The notes below the pieces were generated by a model. The model had not been told where the DNA came from. It ran no database searches and saw only the letters and a program-made list of their open reading frames with translations. From Octopus sinensis (Eukaryota), in the NCBI RefSeq assembly GCF_006345805.1, contig NC_043011.1, positions 18,736,464 to 18,800,463 of the forward strand: a stretch of 64,000 bases of DNA. Direction: 5' to 3'. Every line of letters begins with the position of its first letter. The first letter of the stretch is position 1. Made by a program: the position numbers and the translations under genes. Below are positions 12,978-27,185 of this stretch, one piece after another.

Positions 12978-15900
12978 AGTAATCATATATATATATATAT
13001 ATATCTGTAATGCTGTAGTACAATTCGTAGCAGACTAATAAATAATTAGTAAACCTGAGCAATCTGTCGATTAGGACAATAATTGGGAATATGCTATGTT
13101 ATCTTCGATGATACAAATATTATTAATAGATATTTAACGTAATAAAATGTTTTCGAAAGTAATTAGTATTTTGCTTTCAAATGTATGAATGAATGTTTTC
13201 TAAATGAAAATGCTTCTGGAAATTATAGATTGCGTACTTTAAAATGAACTTGTGAGTGCGAAGCAATATTTTAGTTCTCCGTACACCAACTCTCAGGCTT
13301 TTGGCAATCTGACACCGAACAATTTGCAAATCTGTGCTGCGCAATAGTTCATTATAATTAGTCAACAATATAGAATGTTCGACTATCTATATGCATGTAA
13401 GAATCGTAAGACCTGTTAAAATGAATCCCATTCAGAGAAATTGCATGCAAAATCTGGGCACCTATATAAAAGTCTATTTTTCTCCTCACATTAATACATT
13501 AATACATATACACATATACAAGGCACACACAAGCACATACCAATACATACATATGCATGTATACTGGCATATATACATATATATCCTTGAGAAATGAAAT
13601 AAATTATATGAAAGTATATATATGAATATAATAATTATCAACTGGCAAACACGATGCTGTGAAATAGCTTCGATGTAAATAGAATTAATTACATGTTTAT
13701 CTGTGAACGTAACAAAATATATATTGCGTGTGACAGAAAGAAAATTGAGAGAAGCGATTTATATACATTAATTGTAACATGGTTTTCTACAACAATATTT
13801 TTTTAAAATTGCATTTTAAAATCATGAGAAATAAAATGGGGATTTGTAATAAAAGGTAAAATTGTTTTATTTCATTCAAGTGTTCCAAATGTTATATTAA
13901 AATAGTTTATGTATTTTTACTATAACATGTTTGTAAATATCTGACAAAGATGCATAATATTTCTTTAAATCAGTCATGAAGTTCTATGATTGTTCTTACT
14001 ATGAGGCAGTCATCAAGTTTCCAAAATAATTTTGCACACATTACGATCTAATGGAAACATTTTTAAATGATTTTCAAAATATATGGAGTCACCTTAAACA
14101 AGCACAAAAAACGAATTAAGTATCCCCCCATGGTATGCGCTGTTTTCAAAGACAAATCTAATTGATAAGTGAGACGCATTCTCTTACATTTTCTTTGGAC
14201 CTTATATCGGTAGACAAATCTAGTTTTAGATTTATTATTCACCAACTCTAATCTTGAACAATGTGAATCACAAAATAAATCTGTTATTTTTAGAGTTATT
14301 CCACCTATAAAACTATTGATTACCATTCTGATAAAAGAATCTACCATGAAGGTTCTGATAAAAGGGCATATATAAGTTTGTAAAACTGGAAGTGTCATGC
14401 AGTAAAAAATGTATGTAATAAAATTAACACATGCAACCTATTTTTACTAGTTTGAAAGCTATTATGATAGTAATGTGCAATATATATTTAAATTTGTCTG
14501 GTGAATTCGAAGTTAGTTCTTACTAGATTGTCTGTCGAATATTAATCAAATAAGTAAAATATTTTGAATTGTGAAATATTCACAAAGGATAAAGCACGTA
14601 TTTGCTTCCTAAATTTTTCTCAATCAAATTATTAAAATATAAATTTCTTACCAGGTTCCATTCATTTTCAGTTCTTAAACTGAGTAGTTATATCCAAAAG
14701 CTTCTAGAATATTGCATAATTCTTGAGAATTAACTTTTTACGTTTCTTTAAATATTTCTAATTTGTTCTTGCATCAGTTTATTTCATCCAATTTCTTTAT
14801 CTTTGGTGACAAATGTAGAAGGATATGTGTATTTTGTAAGAGACGTTTCACGCAGTAGGATTAAACAACATTGTTTTCGATTTCAGCTTATATTTTATTT
14901 TTGCGAAATACTACAAAATCTTTCTCAGAAATAACATTCTAACGATAACAAAAGGTTATTTTGAATAGTTACAAATTATCTAATTATTACCTGTCAAAAC
15001 AAGCCATCAATCAAAGACCACTCCCTTGAGTGTTCACAAACACGATGCTTGTTCCTTTCATCTTCGAGGGGATAACTATGTATTCTATTCACACAACACA
15101 ATTTTTGTGGTTTCAAACTTCCAAAACATTATTTTCAAAGAAACTTGCATATTTTAATGTCGGATCTTTCATACAATCGAACACCTCAAACCTGCGATCC
15201 CATTTTATTTAAAATAGTTCTAAACCCTGCTGCATAATCTTGCAATGAATTGTATTTGAAAGTTCCATCTTGGCATTAGGTTCTTTCCTGCTTTCTGAGC
15301 AAAAGTACGGCACAAATGTAATTTAGAATCATACGCCGCAGAAATTTCATCACCTCCTTTCTCTACTTTTCTTTTCTTCTAGAAACACATAAAACCACAT
15401 GATAATGGAATTAACTATGCATATCCGATGTGACATATGTACATTTCATCAAATTGTAGCTTTTGTTTCTCTCAACTCCCTTTTTGGCATTCCTGATTGT
15501 GTGTTTTTAGAACTTGCTCATGGCAGCAGAATGAAATGTTTCTTATTTTCATTGGCAACATGAAATAGTATGTGAGAACTAGATGTAACAGCATTTTCAT
15601 TCTGGGAACACATTTTGCTTAACAACTCTTAGAAGGCCTAATACTTTGGTCAATAAGTTGCTGTTATGAGAGTATTGGATAAACACATTTACGAAAAAAG
15701 TTGTGGTTTGGATGCATTGTTAAAACACGTGATTACACTGGTATAATAGTAGCGGCAAGAAGTTTGATGACAAACATTTGTGCACTTTTCTGTTGTATTG
15801 CCTCCGTTTTGTAATCTTTTGTATATCATGTTATAATACTCATAAAAGGAATCGATTTACAGAGCATCTACAGATACAATCTTAGAAATCGACTGATACT

Positions 15901-16599
15901 TTTTCGGCATATGCGGATTCTCTAGATATCATTCTTGGAACCCAAATAGATTTCCATCCACTGATTGCCTTTTATTATTATGAAATGCATAATATATTTG
16001 GATGTATTTTAGGGTTTTTGAGAATCCTCCACGCATATTTCAAGTCGAAGGAATATTTGACATCGATAATGTAGACAAGCATAAATCTGTCACACTTCCA
16101 AACTAAACAAAAAATTGTACACACTGTGTTTACTTGTTTAGTCTCTGTGGTAGGTGTAATCTCCCGCATGATTACTTCTAGTTTGATTAAGAATCTCACA
16201 CAAACTTTCATTTCATTTCTGTTGGTTCTCAACCATTATTTATTTTACAGCAATATATTTTATTACAGTTCATCTTTTTAATAATAGCGAATATAGGTTA
16301 CAATTGGCTGAGCGAGATCTGGAGGTAAATAAAGCTGAAATGAAATATATAGCTTGCAACCTTAGTGATCAGATTGACTGGACCGAGGCCAGGGAATGGT
16401 ATTAATTTTAGTATACTGCTCCAAGACGATATTACGTAGTGCAATATAAAGATACGTGGGTACGCCATATTACTAAGGAAAATATTTGTTAGGACAAATG
16501 CAATGAGATTAATAATATGAAGAAAACTGATGAACCTGTGAGCACAATAATACGGAAATTTAGGACACTATATTTTTATGAGCATAACACACACACACA

Positions 16600-16681
<82 letters not shown>

Positions 16682-17050
16682 CGATCATTGTCGTTTTCTT
16701 CTAGTTGGTATTTAACTGATTTCAACATGTCAATTTCAATACCACTTCTTACAACTCAGGGAAGTAACTTTAATCATGTGTGACAACTTATACACCACGT
16801 TTCGAAGCGAGAAAAAAAAAACAACTTAATATTTTTCAAATTTCAGATGTGCAAAATTATTCCGCACGGATATGTATTATTGAATGAAATTACGTTAAAA
16901 ACTTTGTGTAAAATATTGCCAGATTTAAACTGTGAATATGAATGAAAATAATCTTCGTACTCCCCTATCGGTAGCAATGTCATTCCTTCATAAAAATAAG
17001 TTTTGCACTTTTAATAATGGTTGTAAATCATCCTGAAAATTATTTTCGTC

Positions 17051-17085
<35 letters not shown>

Positions 17086-17135
17086 ATATATATTATATAT
17101 TTATATATACATATACACACACACACACACACATG

Positions 17136-17188
<53 letters not shown>

Positions 17189-17428
17189 ATATTAAAGTGT
17201 ATATTATTTACATCTTTATACACATTATGACAATTGCAAATATTTTTCCAGCTTCATATTACCGACTAAATATGAGTCATAAATCTCAGAAGTAATCTAA
17301 CGACTGTCAAATGTTATGTAGCTTGTAACATTTAAAAATGAAATTTTCACCAAAAGTTCATAGACACGGTTTTGCATGTGTTGTTATATGTTTTATATTA
17401 TTATTTGAATAGTTTCCTAAAGATGATC

Positions 17429-17460
<32 letters not shown>

Positions 17461-17659
17461 TATATACACACACAAATGTGAAAATGCTAGTAACTCAAAG
17501 AGTAATTGTCGAAAATGTTGTGTCTCATAGCCTTCGAAGTCATAATAGAGTTTCAGGATTAAAATTAATTGAGGGGACGCGTAAATGTCATGGTATCGAT
17601 ATGTATAAATATATGAAATCATTGTTTTGAATGAAACACAGCATTGAGCTCGAGGTAGG

Positions 17660-17835
17660 AACAACCCTAAGGGTATTGATCCTTTCTGCTAAAGGTACAA
17701 GGCCTGAAATTTAGAGGTGGGAGATAATCGACTACAGCGACACTAGTACTCAACTAGTACTTAATTTTTCGACCCCGAGAGTATGAAAGGCAAAGTCGAC
17801 CACGGAAGAATTTGAACTCAGAACGTAAGATGGAA
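17660..17835 (-). mobile_element. tRNA-derived SINE, family of 56577-56808
   Basis: cgaccccgagagtatgaaaggcaaagtcgaccacggaagaatttgaactcagaacgtaa is the reverse complement of the family core. Confidence 0.85.
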
Positions 17836-17874
17836 GATTGCAAAGATAAAGCACTATACAAGCTCTTGATAATA

Positions 17875-18697
17875 AATGAAACTGAAAATCGGTGGATGAA
17901 GAAAATAATGCATGGACAATTTCATAGGGATGTTGACAGAGAAGAAAGATGACTATGTATCACTAAAACAAATTTAAAACCGGAAACGGAGGCTCTGATC
18001 TGTATTGCTCAAGAGCAGACATTAAGAACGAACTACAGCAAATACAGAATAGACAACATTGCAAGTGCAGAATTTGTGGATAAAATGGTGAAACCGTATT
18101 GCATATCACCAGTCAATATACGCCATTAGCCTAGCAATAATATAATAGACGTCGTGGCATTATAGCAAGGGGGATTGGCCATTGAAAACGTTACAAGAAA
18201 ACGTTATGTCGTACGAACATAAACCCGAAGGCAGCATCGAAAATGATACTGCAAAGATCGTATGAGATTTTGAGATTCACTGTGACCATGCGATAGAGAA
18301 TACAAAACAAGACATATTGATAATTGAGAAAGAAAGTAAACGATGCTAGATCATAGATATAGCATGCACAGCTGACAACGAGGTATGCGATGAGGAAGAA
18401 AGGAAAGTTGAGATATGATAGGTTAGCTTAGTAAGTTAAGCAGTTGTAATCACTGTAAAGTTGGTAGTAGTATCAATAACTGTCGGAACCCTGGGAACAG
18501 TGAGTAAAATATGTTGAGAAGTCCATGGAACAAATATGAGCTGCAATAAGGTCGGAGCATTTGCAGAAAAAGAGCACTACTTGGAACCGCTCGAATACTA
18601 TAGATTGTGCTCGAAAAATAAGGGATGTTACCTTAGTTCACCGATAGTGAACAGCTGACACCGCAGTGCATCTCCAGTGTGAAAAGCTGTGCATAAA
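17875..18697 (+). mobile_element. R4/Dong-like non-LTR retrotransposon 3' part (CCHC knuckle, restriction-like endonuclease, 3' UTR), copy 1
   Basis: RWMKKIMHGQFHRD...LKPETEALICIAQEQTLRTNY...KCRICG*NGETVLHITS...YEHKPEG...*DFEIHCDH....KQDILII.KESKRC*IIDIAC...VGTLGTVSK...RALLGTARIL*IVLEK*, then 3' UTR and microsatellite tail. Many stops and frameshifts. Confidence 0.9.
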
Positions 18698-18741
18698 ACA
18701 ACAACAACAGCAACAGCAACAGCAACAACAACAACAACAAC

Positions 18742-18788
<47 letters not shown>

Positions 18789-18843
18789 TAATAATAATAA
18801 AAATAATAATGGTGGTGCTGCTGCTGCTGATGATGATGATGAA
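18698..18843 (+). repeat. (AAC)n(AAT)n(GAT)n tail of the Dong-like copy 1
   Basis: Seen directly after the 3' UTR. Confidence 0.9.
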
Positions 18844-18845
18844 GA

Positions 18846-20045
18846 AGATCGTACCCAGGGTCGTTCTCGCCGTTCTTTTATCAGGGTATTTTTACTGCTT
18901 TTAATATTTGCTCTATTTCCTCATATTCGTCTTGTATTTCTTGACCTCCTGAAAGACAAATAACTGGGGGTTTTTGCCTTGCTCTTGTTTTCTGGCTAGT
19001 TGTAGCAGTTTCCGTTGGTTGTGTTACATATATATGTAATCCAATGATGGTTATTTCATTCGTTTTATATATATAAACTTTCTGTGCCAGATTTTGGATG
19101 GTATATATTCTACGTGCAGTCGATATTTTTCTTGTTTCTCTGCCTAATTTGCTTAATTCACTTAGTGTTCAAGCAAGATTTTTATATTTGATAGTATTAT
19201 CTTTGGTTTTGTTTTGGTTTTTTGTTCTGACCACTGTTTTAAGTATTAATCTAATTCATCTATAGTATTGCATCTATTTCTTCCCGTGCATTTGGTTGTT
19301 TTGTACCGTATTCTACTCATTGTTTCCTAAATATTTGTATTTGTTGGTTTGGTATAATTCTCTTATTTCATTTTCTGCATCTAGTGTATTACTGTTCATC
19401 GTAACTAGTTTTCAATGTACTTTTGGCACATTTTTGTCAGTCGCATTTCATCTTTATTTCATTGGGAAATCCATGCAATCTCTATAGTAACGTTCCGTGT
19501 TGTTTATTAATTACAGCATACAGTTTTAGATCATCCATATGCAGGAGATATTGGGATTTTTTTTATCACAGCAGCTATATACACATCTGGTTCTGTCTAG
19601 CATGTCAGTTGAAGATGTCATTGCCTGAGAGAAAAGGAGTGCAGAGAGCGATCTCCGTTTCTCCTTGGAATATTGTTTCTTCTAATGGGGATAGCTTTAG
19701 TTGTTTTTTGTCTGGAGCCGCAGCACTGTTTGCCATTTATTTACGACATGTTTTATATATTTCATTATTGTTTGTACTTTGTTATAGCTATCAGAATTTT
19801 CTGAAGGAATATCAGCTGGAATTCCTGCACGTTTGCATTTGATTAAAGAGATTTTAAAGTAATTGTTATTTTACCTATCTTTCGGTAAAAAATTGTTGGG
19901 TCATTTTAAAACATATTGTTGTCCTTGAAGAACCTAGTGCACTTTACATACTGCCCGATACGGGCAACTTTAGTAGATAACTATTGGTTAATACTTTCTA
20001 AAGTGGTTTCGATGTGAAATATGGATTTTATATTATACATTTGAT
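18846..20045 (-). mobile_element. R4/Dong-like RT segment in inverted orientation
   Basis: Minus strand: NMF*NDPTIFYRKIG / WQTVLRLQT...IPIRR.IFQG...SL / LLHMDDLKLYA / KCAKSTLK / ELSKLGRETRK...YHPKSGTEK. These are RT motifs with the YMDD motif reading HMDD. Confidence 0.85.
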
Positions 20046-20047
20046 TG

Positions 20048-20362
20048 CTGTAAAGATTGTAGTAGTACCAATAACTGTCGGAACCCTGGGAACAGTGAGT
20101 AAAATATGTTGAGAAATTCATGGAACAAATAGGAGCTGCATTTGTATAAAGAGAGCACTACTTGGAGCCGCTCGAATATTCTGGATTGTGCTCGAAAAAT
20201 AAGGGATCTTACCTTAGTTCACCGATAGTGAACAGGTGACACCGCAGTGCATCTCCAGCGTGAAAAGCTGTACATAAAACAACAACAATAATAATAATAA
20301 TAATAATAATGGTAATAATAATAATAATAACAATAATAATAGTAATAGTAATAGTAATAATG
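20048..20362 (+). mobile_element. R4/Dong-like 3' end, copy 2, with (AAC)n(AAT)n tail
   Basis: Closely similar to 18455-18697 (ccctgggaacagtgagtaaaatatgttgag...caccgcagtgcatctccag). Tail at 20281-20362. Confidence 0.9.
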
Positions 20363-20370
20363 ATATTTTC

Positions 20371-21110
20371 TGTTATGCATTGATACCTTCGAGCGTCTGA
20401 AAAATGAACTGAAACTGTATTGAAAATGAAACATTTCAATTACTCTAAGCAATTTATTTTTTTACCGAATACAGGTTTAACAACAATCCCCCCTGTTTTA
20501 TATTGTCGTAGAAAAATCAGCCCCCTGCACTTTAGAAGCTCAACCTGTAAGACGCAAAATCACATACTCTGAATGTAGAAGTAATTGCGGATGAAAATAT
20601 ATATTGCGTCCCTCATGATCGCGGGGTTGCGATGCAAAGCCACTGCTCTATGTCTTATAGGGTTGGGAAATTCTTTCTCGGTTATTGCACGAAACATTCT
20701 TAGTTTCTTTGAGGGAAAAAGCTAAACCGGGCATTCTTGGGTCTATCACAGTTAATCGTAGCTTCTTTCTTTCAGCCGGTGCAACCTACGTTTCACATCA
20801 CCTTGCAGCTCCCTCACAGAATAGTGGCTAACCTTGTAATTAGGCACAAAACATAGGCAGAGCTCCGTTCTAGTAACCAACACAGTTGATCAAAGTGAAC
20901 CTTAAAAAGACTCACATCTGCTTGAGTTCAAGTAGCGTGTTATTATCTTCGTCCAACAAACACCCATGTGAAGAATCTCTGTCGTGTTGTACCTTTTCCA
21001 AACAGATCTATCGAGCGACCTCATATCCTTGCCGTCTTCACTAAACAACTTCAGGATTTGCATTGACAAAATGGTTGTAACCCACTATATCCCTATGCAC
21101 GTCACACATC
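20371..21110 (-). mobile_element. Possible LTR-retrotransposon 3' fragment (PPT plus short LTR-like segment)
   Basis: On the minus strand, aaaacaggggggat precedes TGTTGTT. The segment 20371-20485 is bounded by TGTT...AACA. The upstream sequence is only weakly integrase-like (GYEVAR). Confidence 0.35.
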
Positions 21111-21955
21111 ATTAAGTTTTCTCAATTATCTTATTGAAATTCGCTAAATTTCTCTCTAATCTGTTTTACTGCAGATATTTCTTTACTAACCCTTGCTGAT
21201 TCTATTATACTCGCAATCTTCAGAATGTTTTATCTCACATGCTGACAGTTGTTTTCTGCCGAATGCTGTTTAGCCAAAATTCTTATTTATTCTTTGTAGT
21301 TATTAACTGACAGACACGATGCGTTCAATTTTCTGTAGTCTAGTCCCTGTCAACGAATTCCTGTTGAGTCATCCTTTTAGATTATTACACATAGCGTAGA
21401 TACATAGCTAACCGTCTGGTTCTATTGTTCTCTACGGACTTGATAAATACTCAATCACGATACACACTCACTGGCACAGAGAGATTGCTACACTTCCACA
21501 CTGGTATATTCCAGAGATACGACAATTACTTCTGATCTTTGTAAGTTATTATTTTTTTTACTATCTTCTCTAATGCGATACTTCCACAAGAACAACTTTG
21601 CGATTCAGATGCAGTTACAATTTTTCAAAAGTACTAAAACAAAAGCCACACACAGGAGCCCTATCAAATATCAAGATAATTCGAGATGCCTTACTCCAAA
21701 CTGTGTATATAAAGCGACTAGGTTAAAATAACATCAAAAGCAACAATAAGGATTTCGAATTTTTGTATAAGGCCAAACATTTTAGGTGAGGAGCTACGTA
21801 GAGGATACCCACACTAGGACTCAGCTGGGAATGGATAAAAGGCGAAGCCAACGCCGGCGACATTTTAATTTAGAACGTAAGACCGGAAGAGATGCTACTG
21901 ACGATGTGTCCCGTGCGGTATTGATTCCTTAAGCTTACCTCCGTAAGTAAAACTG

Positions 21956-21957
<2 letters not shown>

Positions 21958-22029
<72 letters not shown>

Positions 22030-22216
22030 CGTTTCTACTATTGGGGAAGATGTAGATTACATTGACTCAACTACTCACCAAATTCTCGCAAATATAAACA
22101 TTCAAACTAGAGCACATAACCAAGGCACACAGAACTTCGCTCGGGAGTGCAGTAAAAGCACGTGATATAAATAACAGTACTAAATAATGATGATAATAGT
22201 AATAATAATAATAATA

Positions 22217-22252
<36 letters not shown>

Positions 22253-22285
22253 TAATAGTAATAATAGTAATAATAATAATAAAGT
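21958..22285 (+). repeat. (AAT)n tracts flanking a short LINE-like 3' tail (22080-22185)
   Basis: Pure (AAT)n at 21958-22028. The block cagaacttcgctcgggagtgcagtaaaagcacgt precedes a second AAT tract. The LINE origin of that block is inference. Confidence 0.7.
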
Positions 22286-23046
22286 AGAAGGCAGTGGCTC
22301 GAATGTTTTTTAAAGTTTTATCTTAACTGATTAGATGTGTTATTATACACTGTTTTATCTTGGAATAAAAGATGTGTTACAGCAAATATTCTGCTCAATA
22401 CCAATGATTTGTTTCTCAGTTGTTTGACCATAACCATTTGAGCATATCCGTTGGGGGATGACGAACATTGCATTTCTGATCAATAGCAGAAGTATTGGAG
22501 GAACATCATAGCTATGTGTTGAGAATAATTATTTGGAGTTTGAATAACTCTCTTCTAGAAACAGGGCTGTTTTGTTCATCATTTTGAGCCGGATGGGCTA
22601 CTCGATCGGATGAAAATTCCTATTGGGCCCCACCTGCAAGGTCATGCGCTGTTTCGTATCAGACGGATAGTCGTGATGGGTATATTGGGCTTCATTTATT
22701 ATACCCCAATATCACGTTGGTGGCTTGCACTGCCCTCTCACTCAATAATAATGATGATGATAATGATGATAATATAGATTTCTAGAATTAGTGCATTTTA
22801 AATTTAGTGAGAATATGTCTAAAAACATGTCATTTATACTTGCTTTTTCGCGTAAAATATAAAATATCATTTCCAGGAGGTTTTGGAAGAAATTCTGACT
22901 GCTAGCGAAACTCATGGCGTCAGACCATGCTTCATTATGGTGTCAGAACTGATTTGAAGTCGCCTTCCTTCTGTAATTGCTTCACACACACACACACACG
23001 CGCGCGCAAAATATTTATGGCATTTATTGGTATACTAAATAATGTT

Positions 23047-23330
23047 GGGAGACCCCCTTCGGTCATGAATGACCATGGCATTGCAGCTAGAAAATTACCC
23101 TCCGAGGTACAAGTCTGGGCAAGGTTGTTTATGGAAGGCCAGCAGTCGCCCATGCATACCGGCCTCCCCTCTCCACACCACTGATGTTATCCAAGGGAAA
23201 GGCAAAGGCCGATACAGCAAATCATTTCTACAGCTGAGTTAACTGGAACAACGTGAAATAAAGTGTCTTGCTCAAGAACACAACACGAAGACCGCTCCGG
23301 GAATCGAACTTGCAACCTCACGATACTAAA
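23047..23330 (-). mobile_element. tRNA-derived SINE with CORE-like middle and a distinct 3' tail
   Basis: Minus strand: gagttcgattccc B-box (gggaatcgaact on +), then gtgttcttgagcaagacactttatttcacgttg as in 47656-47977, then a different tail (ggcgactgctggccttccataaacaaccttgccc). Confidence 0.85.
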
Positions 23331-24729
23331 TACAATATTCATTATGAAACATATAAAAATTGTCTTTTTATACTAGATATTATTGCAGCAACAAAATATA
23401 ATTTATGTTGAACAGATACCGTAATCTAGAGTGCAAAATAATTAAGGATATATCAATACCTACAACACAAATAAAATAGCAATATAAAACAAATCACCAC
23501 ATTTTTGTGATTCGCCTAAGATCTAAACAGAGAATTATTACAACAATGAAAAATGAGTCGATCTATATTTATCAACAAAGATTTAATTCCCTGGCTGACC
23601 ATATATATTGATAAAAGAGGTAACGATATTATCTACATATAATGATTTAGATATAAAAACAGTCAATGGCAAGGGTGACTTTTCGATTAAGCCCACTCGG
23701 TTTCTAGAAGGGAAAGAACAGTTCGACGAAGACCAATCAAAATCTTTGAGAATGAAGACTGGTAGACACGATTGCAAATTCATTCGCTGTACAAGCAGCA
23801 ATAAGTATAAGATAACATCATATCTCCATCTTGTCTTCGTTTCTGATTTGGTTAAATCAATGTTCGTGTTGAACACACTTCTGCGAGATTCAGTGCAGTG
23901 AATTTGAACAGTGGTAATATTATTGTGGTACAAATTTGGCACTCATGAAGTAATTCAACTGCCTGATATCGATATATATGGAATCCTGATATTGTTATAC
24001 CATTTTAAAGTACGTTTTGACATAAACATGGAGCATGGTATCTAATTTTGTGGTTAGCCATTATAGTCGATTAATCGGCCACAACATTTGAGTGGGAGTC
24101 ATTTAATTCCTCCAAGAAGACCTAACCTTTACTCAATTTCGACGCTGAACGCATTGAGGCAGAAATAAATATCGCTAAGTAATATCTGTTGAAGGTTAGC
24201 AGTTAGCAGATATATCCATTCTAAGTCTGAAATAAGCTCCCATTATATGTACGTTACACGACGGAACAACGGATTGAATCAGCAACAAAGCCTAATTTGT
24301 GACATTATGTCTTCTATAAAAGTTTGCTTATAATTCGCTACCCTTTAATAAGCATCATTGTGTGGTAACCTATATTATCTCAATCTTTATAAAGTTGCTA
24401 GATGTGGAAATAATAATCTATCATTTCTCATATTAGTTTGTTTTTAATATATCGATGTGTAACAATGTTTTATAATGTAGAGTTGATTCAATACCAAAAA
24501 TGAGATTTTATCTTCATTGAGATATTCTCATCATTGACCAAAAAAAAAGAATAATAATCGGAGCCATATAAAACGAGGTCTAAAATAATGTATTAGCAAA
24601 TGTGGTGGAAGGTGTCCCACGTGAGTTCTATTTTAACTCCGTGGTCAAGAAAAAGAATCTGAAAATGAATTCTAAATCAACTCCCATACTAGATAATTCT
24701 CTCAATATTCACGGTAATGAAAGTAACCA

Positions 24730-24935
24730 CCGGACAGAATCGTTACCTCGGGGCGAAAATGCTTAGCGGCAATCCGTCAGTTTTTAAGTTCAGAGTTCAA
24801 ATTCCGCCGAGGTCAGTTTTGTCTTTCAACTTTTTTGGATCCAAAAAAGGAGTACTAGTTGAATAGTAGGGTTGATGCAATCCACATACACCTTCCCCGA
24901 AATTGCTTTTCTTGTTCCAAAATTTGAAATCATTA
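24730..24935 (+). mobile_element. tRNA-derived SINE, family of 56577-56808, degenerate
   Basis: gcgaaaatgcttagcggc...gagttcaaattccgccgaggtc. Confidence 0.85.
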
Positions 24936-26799
24936 TTCACGCTACTGACACAAACTTTGAAATTGACGCTCTTCAGGGAAATCAATTGCACACTACAATG
25001 GCTAATGCGCTGAGAAACATATATATCAACCCTTCAGAGTACGTAAATATGATAGGTACGTTAGTCACATCGCTGAGATTCGAAGCCTGATTTTTACTAC
25101 AACATTATAAACTAATAGATGGTATCCACTCCATGTGAAAAGATCAACCAGAGGTTCTTACGAACAGTGTGAGAAGTCTGAAAAGATCTTATAATTGACC
25201 AAGACTGGAATTGGTATGGCATCGTTTCATAGGCAGTTATCCCAACAATGAGCAAATTAGCTATGCCTTTAAAATCACTTTAAATTTTGTGAATATCGTT
25301 GAATTATAGATACATTTATAAGTAAGCAAAAGGTCAATTATTAATTTGATCGTGATGATGTTACGAGATGCAGCCTTGAGTGTTCTCTTGATATGTCATT
25401 TTGTTTTCTTTTGCTATAGATTGTATGACAAGGCTAAACGATTATCTGACCAGAAATGGTCCATAAGTATGTCGATAACGTGTTTTATAGACTTAAACCT
25501 TCCTAGTCATGGATAGATGCAACAAACTAATGTAACAATCAGGCCAACATTTCATTTTGTATCGAGTGAGCTGCGATGACCAACCAAATATACATATGAC
25601 TGTAATGGTCATGAAATACTTATTACATCTTACAGTTTCTTGGATCTGACTGATGATATACATGAAAAATATGCAGATGACTATGTTCTCTTTTAACTGT
25701 TTTACAGGCCTAAAAATTAGGATGCCAATTTCCATATATATTTAAATTTTCTTGTCTCTCCAATACTATAAATAACATAATAAGCATTCTTTGGAGATGC
25801 ATTATCGGTACATGGCTACTGATTTCTGAGTAAATTCTTTTGTTTGCTTTTATAAGAATGACATTTACCTTCGCGGACGGCTGTTTAACAGCCAGTATGA
25901 AGTGTCTTTTCTGTGTCACAAAACTGAGCGTTCGCATTTATTTTCTTTCTAAGATCCACATCATGGATATCCTAATGAAACATTCGGTAAATATTAATAC
26001 AGAAATCAAGATCTCATGAAATACAAAAAAAAAAATTTAATAATATGCACACTGAATACTGGAATAATACAAATGACGCCAATCAGTAGTTTCAGATACA
26101 ATTACAGGTAGAAAGAAAGAGAAAGCATATGTGTGTGTATGTGTGTGCATGCGCGTGTATGTGTAAATTCAAACTTTTAATAATACTTCGGTAGCGCATT
26201 TCCTTTATTCTTCAAGTTACAACTAAAGCAGCGTAGGATTCTAAGTAAAGGCAACTGTGTTGTACAGCTGGGATCCACCTTTTTAGTCCGTTCTTTGATT
26301 CGACGTTGAAACTAATTCTTGTCCTTCCAAGCGAACTCCCTTACTGAATTCTTAATGGCACAGAAAGTGAGCCATGGATAGGAATTAGTAAAATTCAAAA
26401 CATAATTGACGTTTATAATACATTATCTATATAAGTGTGTATATAAATATATGGATATGAATAGATACTTAGGTACACATATATTTACAGGCTGACATGT
26501 AGTTATACACGCACATAGATACACACTTATATATATATATAATTATATTTCTATATCACAGACTATGCTGATAAGATTGCAGGTATTCATATGCGTGGAT
26601 ATTAATAATCGAAACTGATCTGTACGTAGGTAATCATTTTTACTTCGTATATTTTCATTTGTCTTGCTTACTTTTAATGCTTTGGTTTGTGCTGAGTTCA
26701 TTATTTGAGAACACATTCTTTGTGGAAAATAGCGATTTTGACGTCTATATCTAGCATGTTGACCGTCCACTTTTAGTGGTCAGTCCTTTAAATTTTGTA

Positions 26800-26865
<66 letters not shown>

Positions 26866-26879
26866 GTATAAAAAATACA

Positions 26880-27185
26880 AACTGGGACAAGAACGCAAAA
26901 CATTTAGAAGACGATACAAAAAACACGGAAGCCTTCAATCTTCAGTCAAGAACCGGATCATCCTCGCGATTTCGACTGATTAATCTTGAGATTGCTCCAA
27001 TCTGGCCAGCCCCAAGGATAAACTAAGCTAAGCGCATTAGATTCCTTGGAGGAAAGCTTCGAATTTATACAAATCTAGGACAGAAAAACGGACGATGTTA
27101 CACGGATATGAATACAAAAATAATACGTAAAAATAATAATAATAATGATATCAATAACAGGACATCCCAAACAGGCGTCTTTCAT
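26880..27185 (-). mobile_element. Unclassified repeat terminus abutting (TA)n, possibly PLE-derived
   Basis: Non-AT-biased cassette starting at a (TA)n tract. Contains CUGAAGA and GAAA boxes on the minus strand. Family assignment is inference. Confidence 0.4.

Noticed and set aside
13998-14410. Possible mariner-like TIR start (tatgaggcagtcatcaagtttcc)
   Set aside because: No matching second TIR or transposase motif found.
23583-23942. Overlapping 119-aa (-) and 97-aa (+) ORFs in unique sequence
   Set aside because: No recognisable domain in either and no way to choose between them. Needs a homology search.
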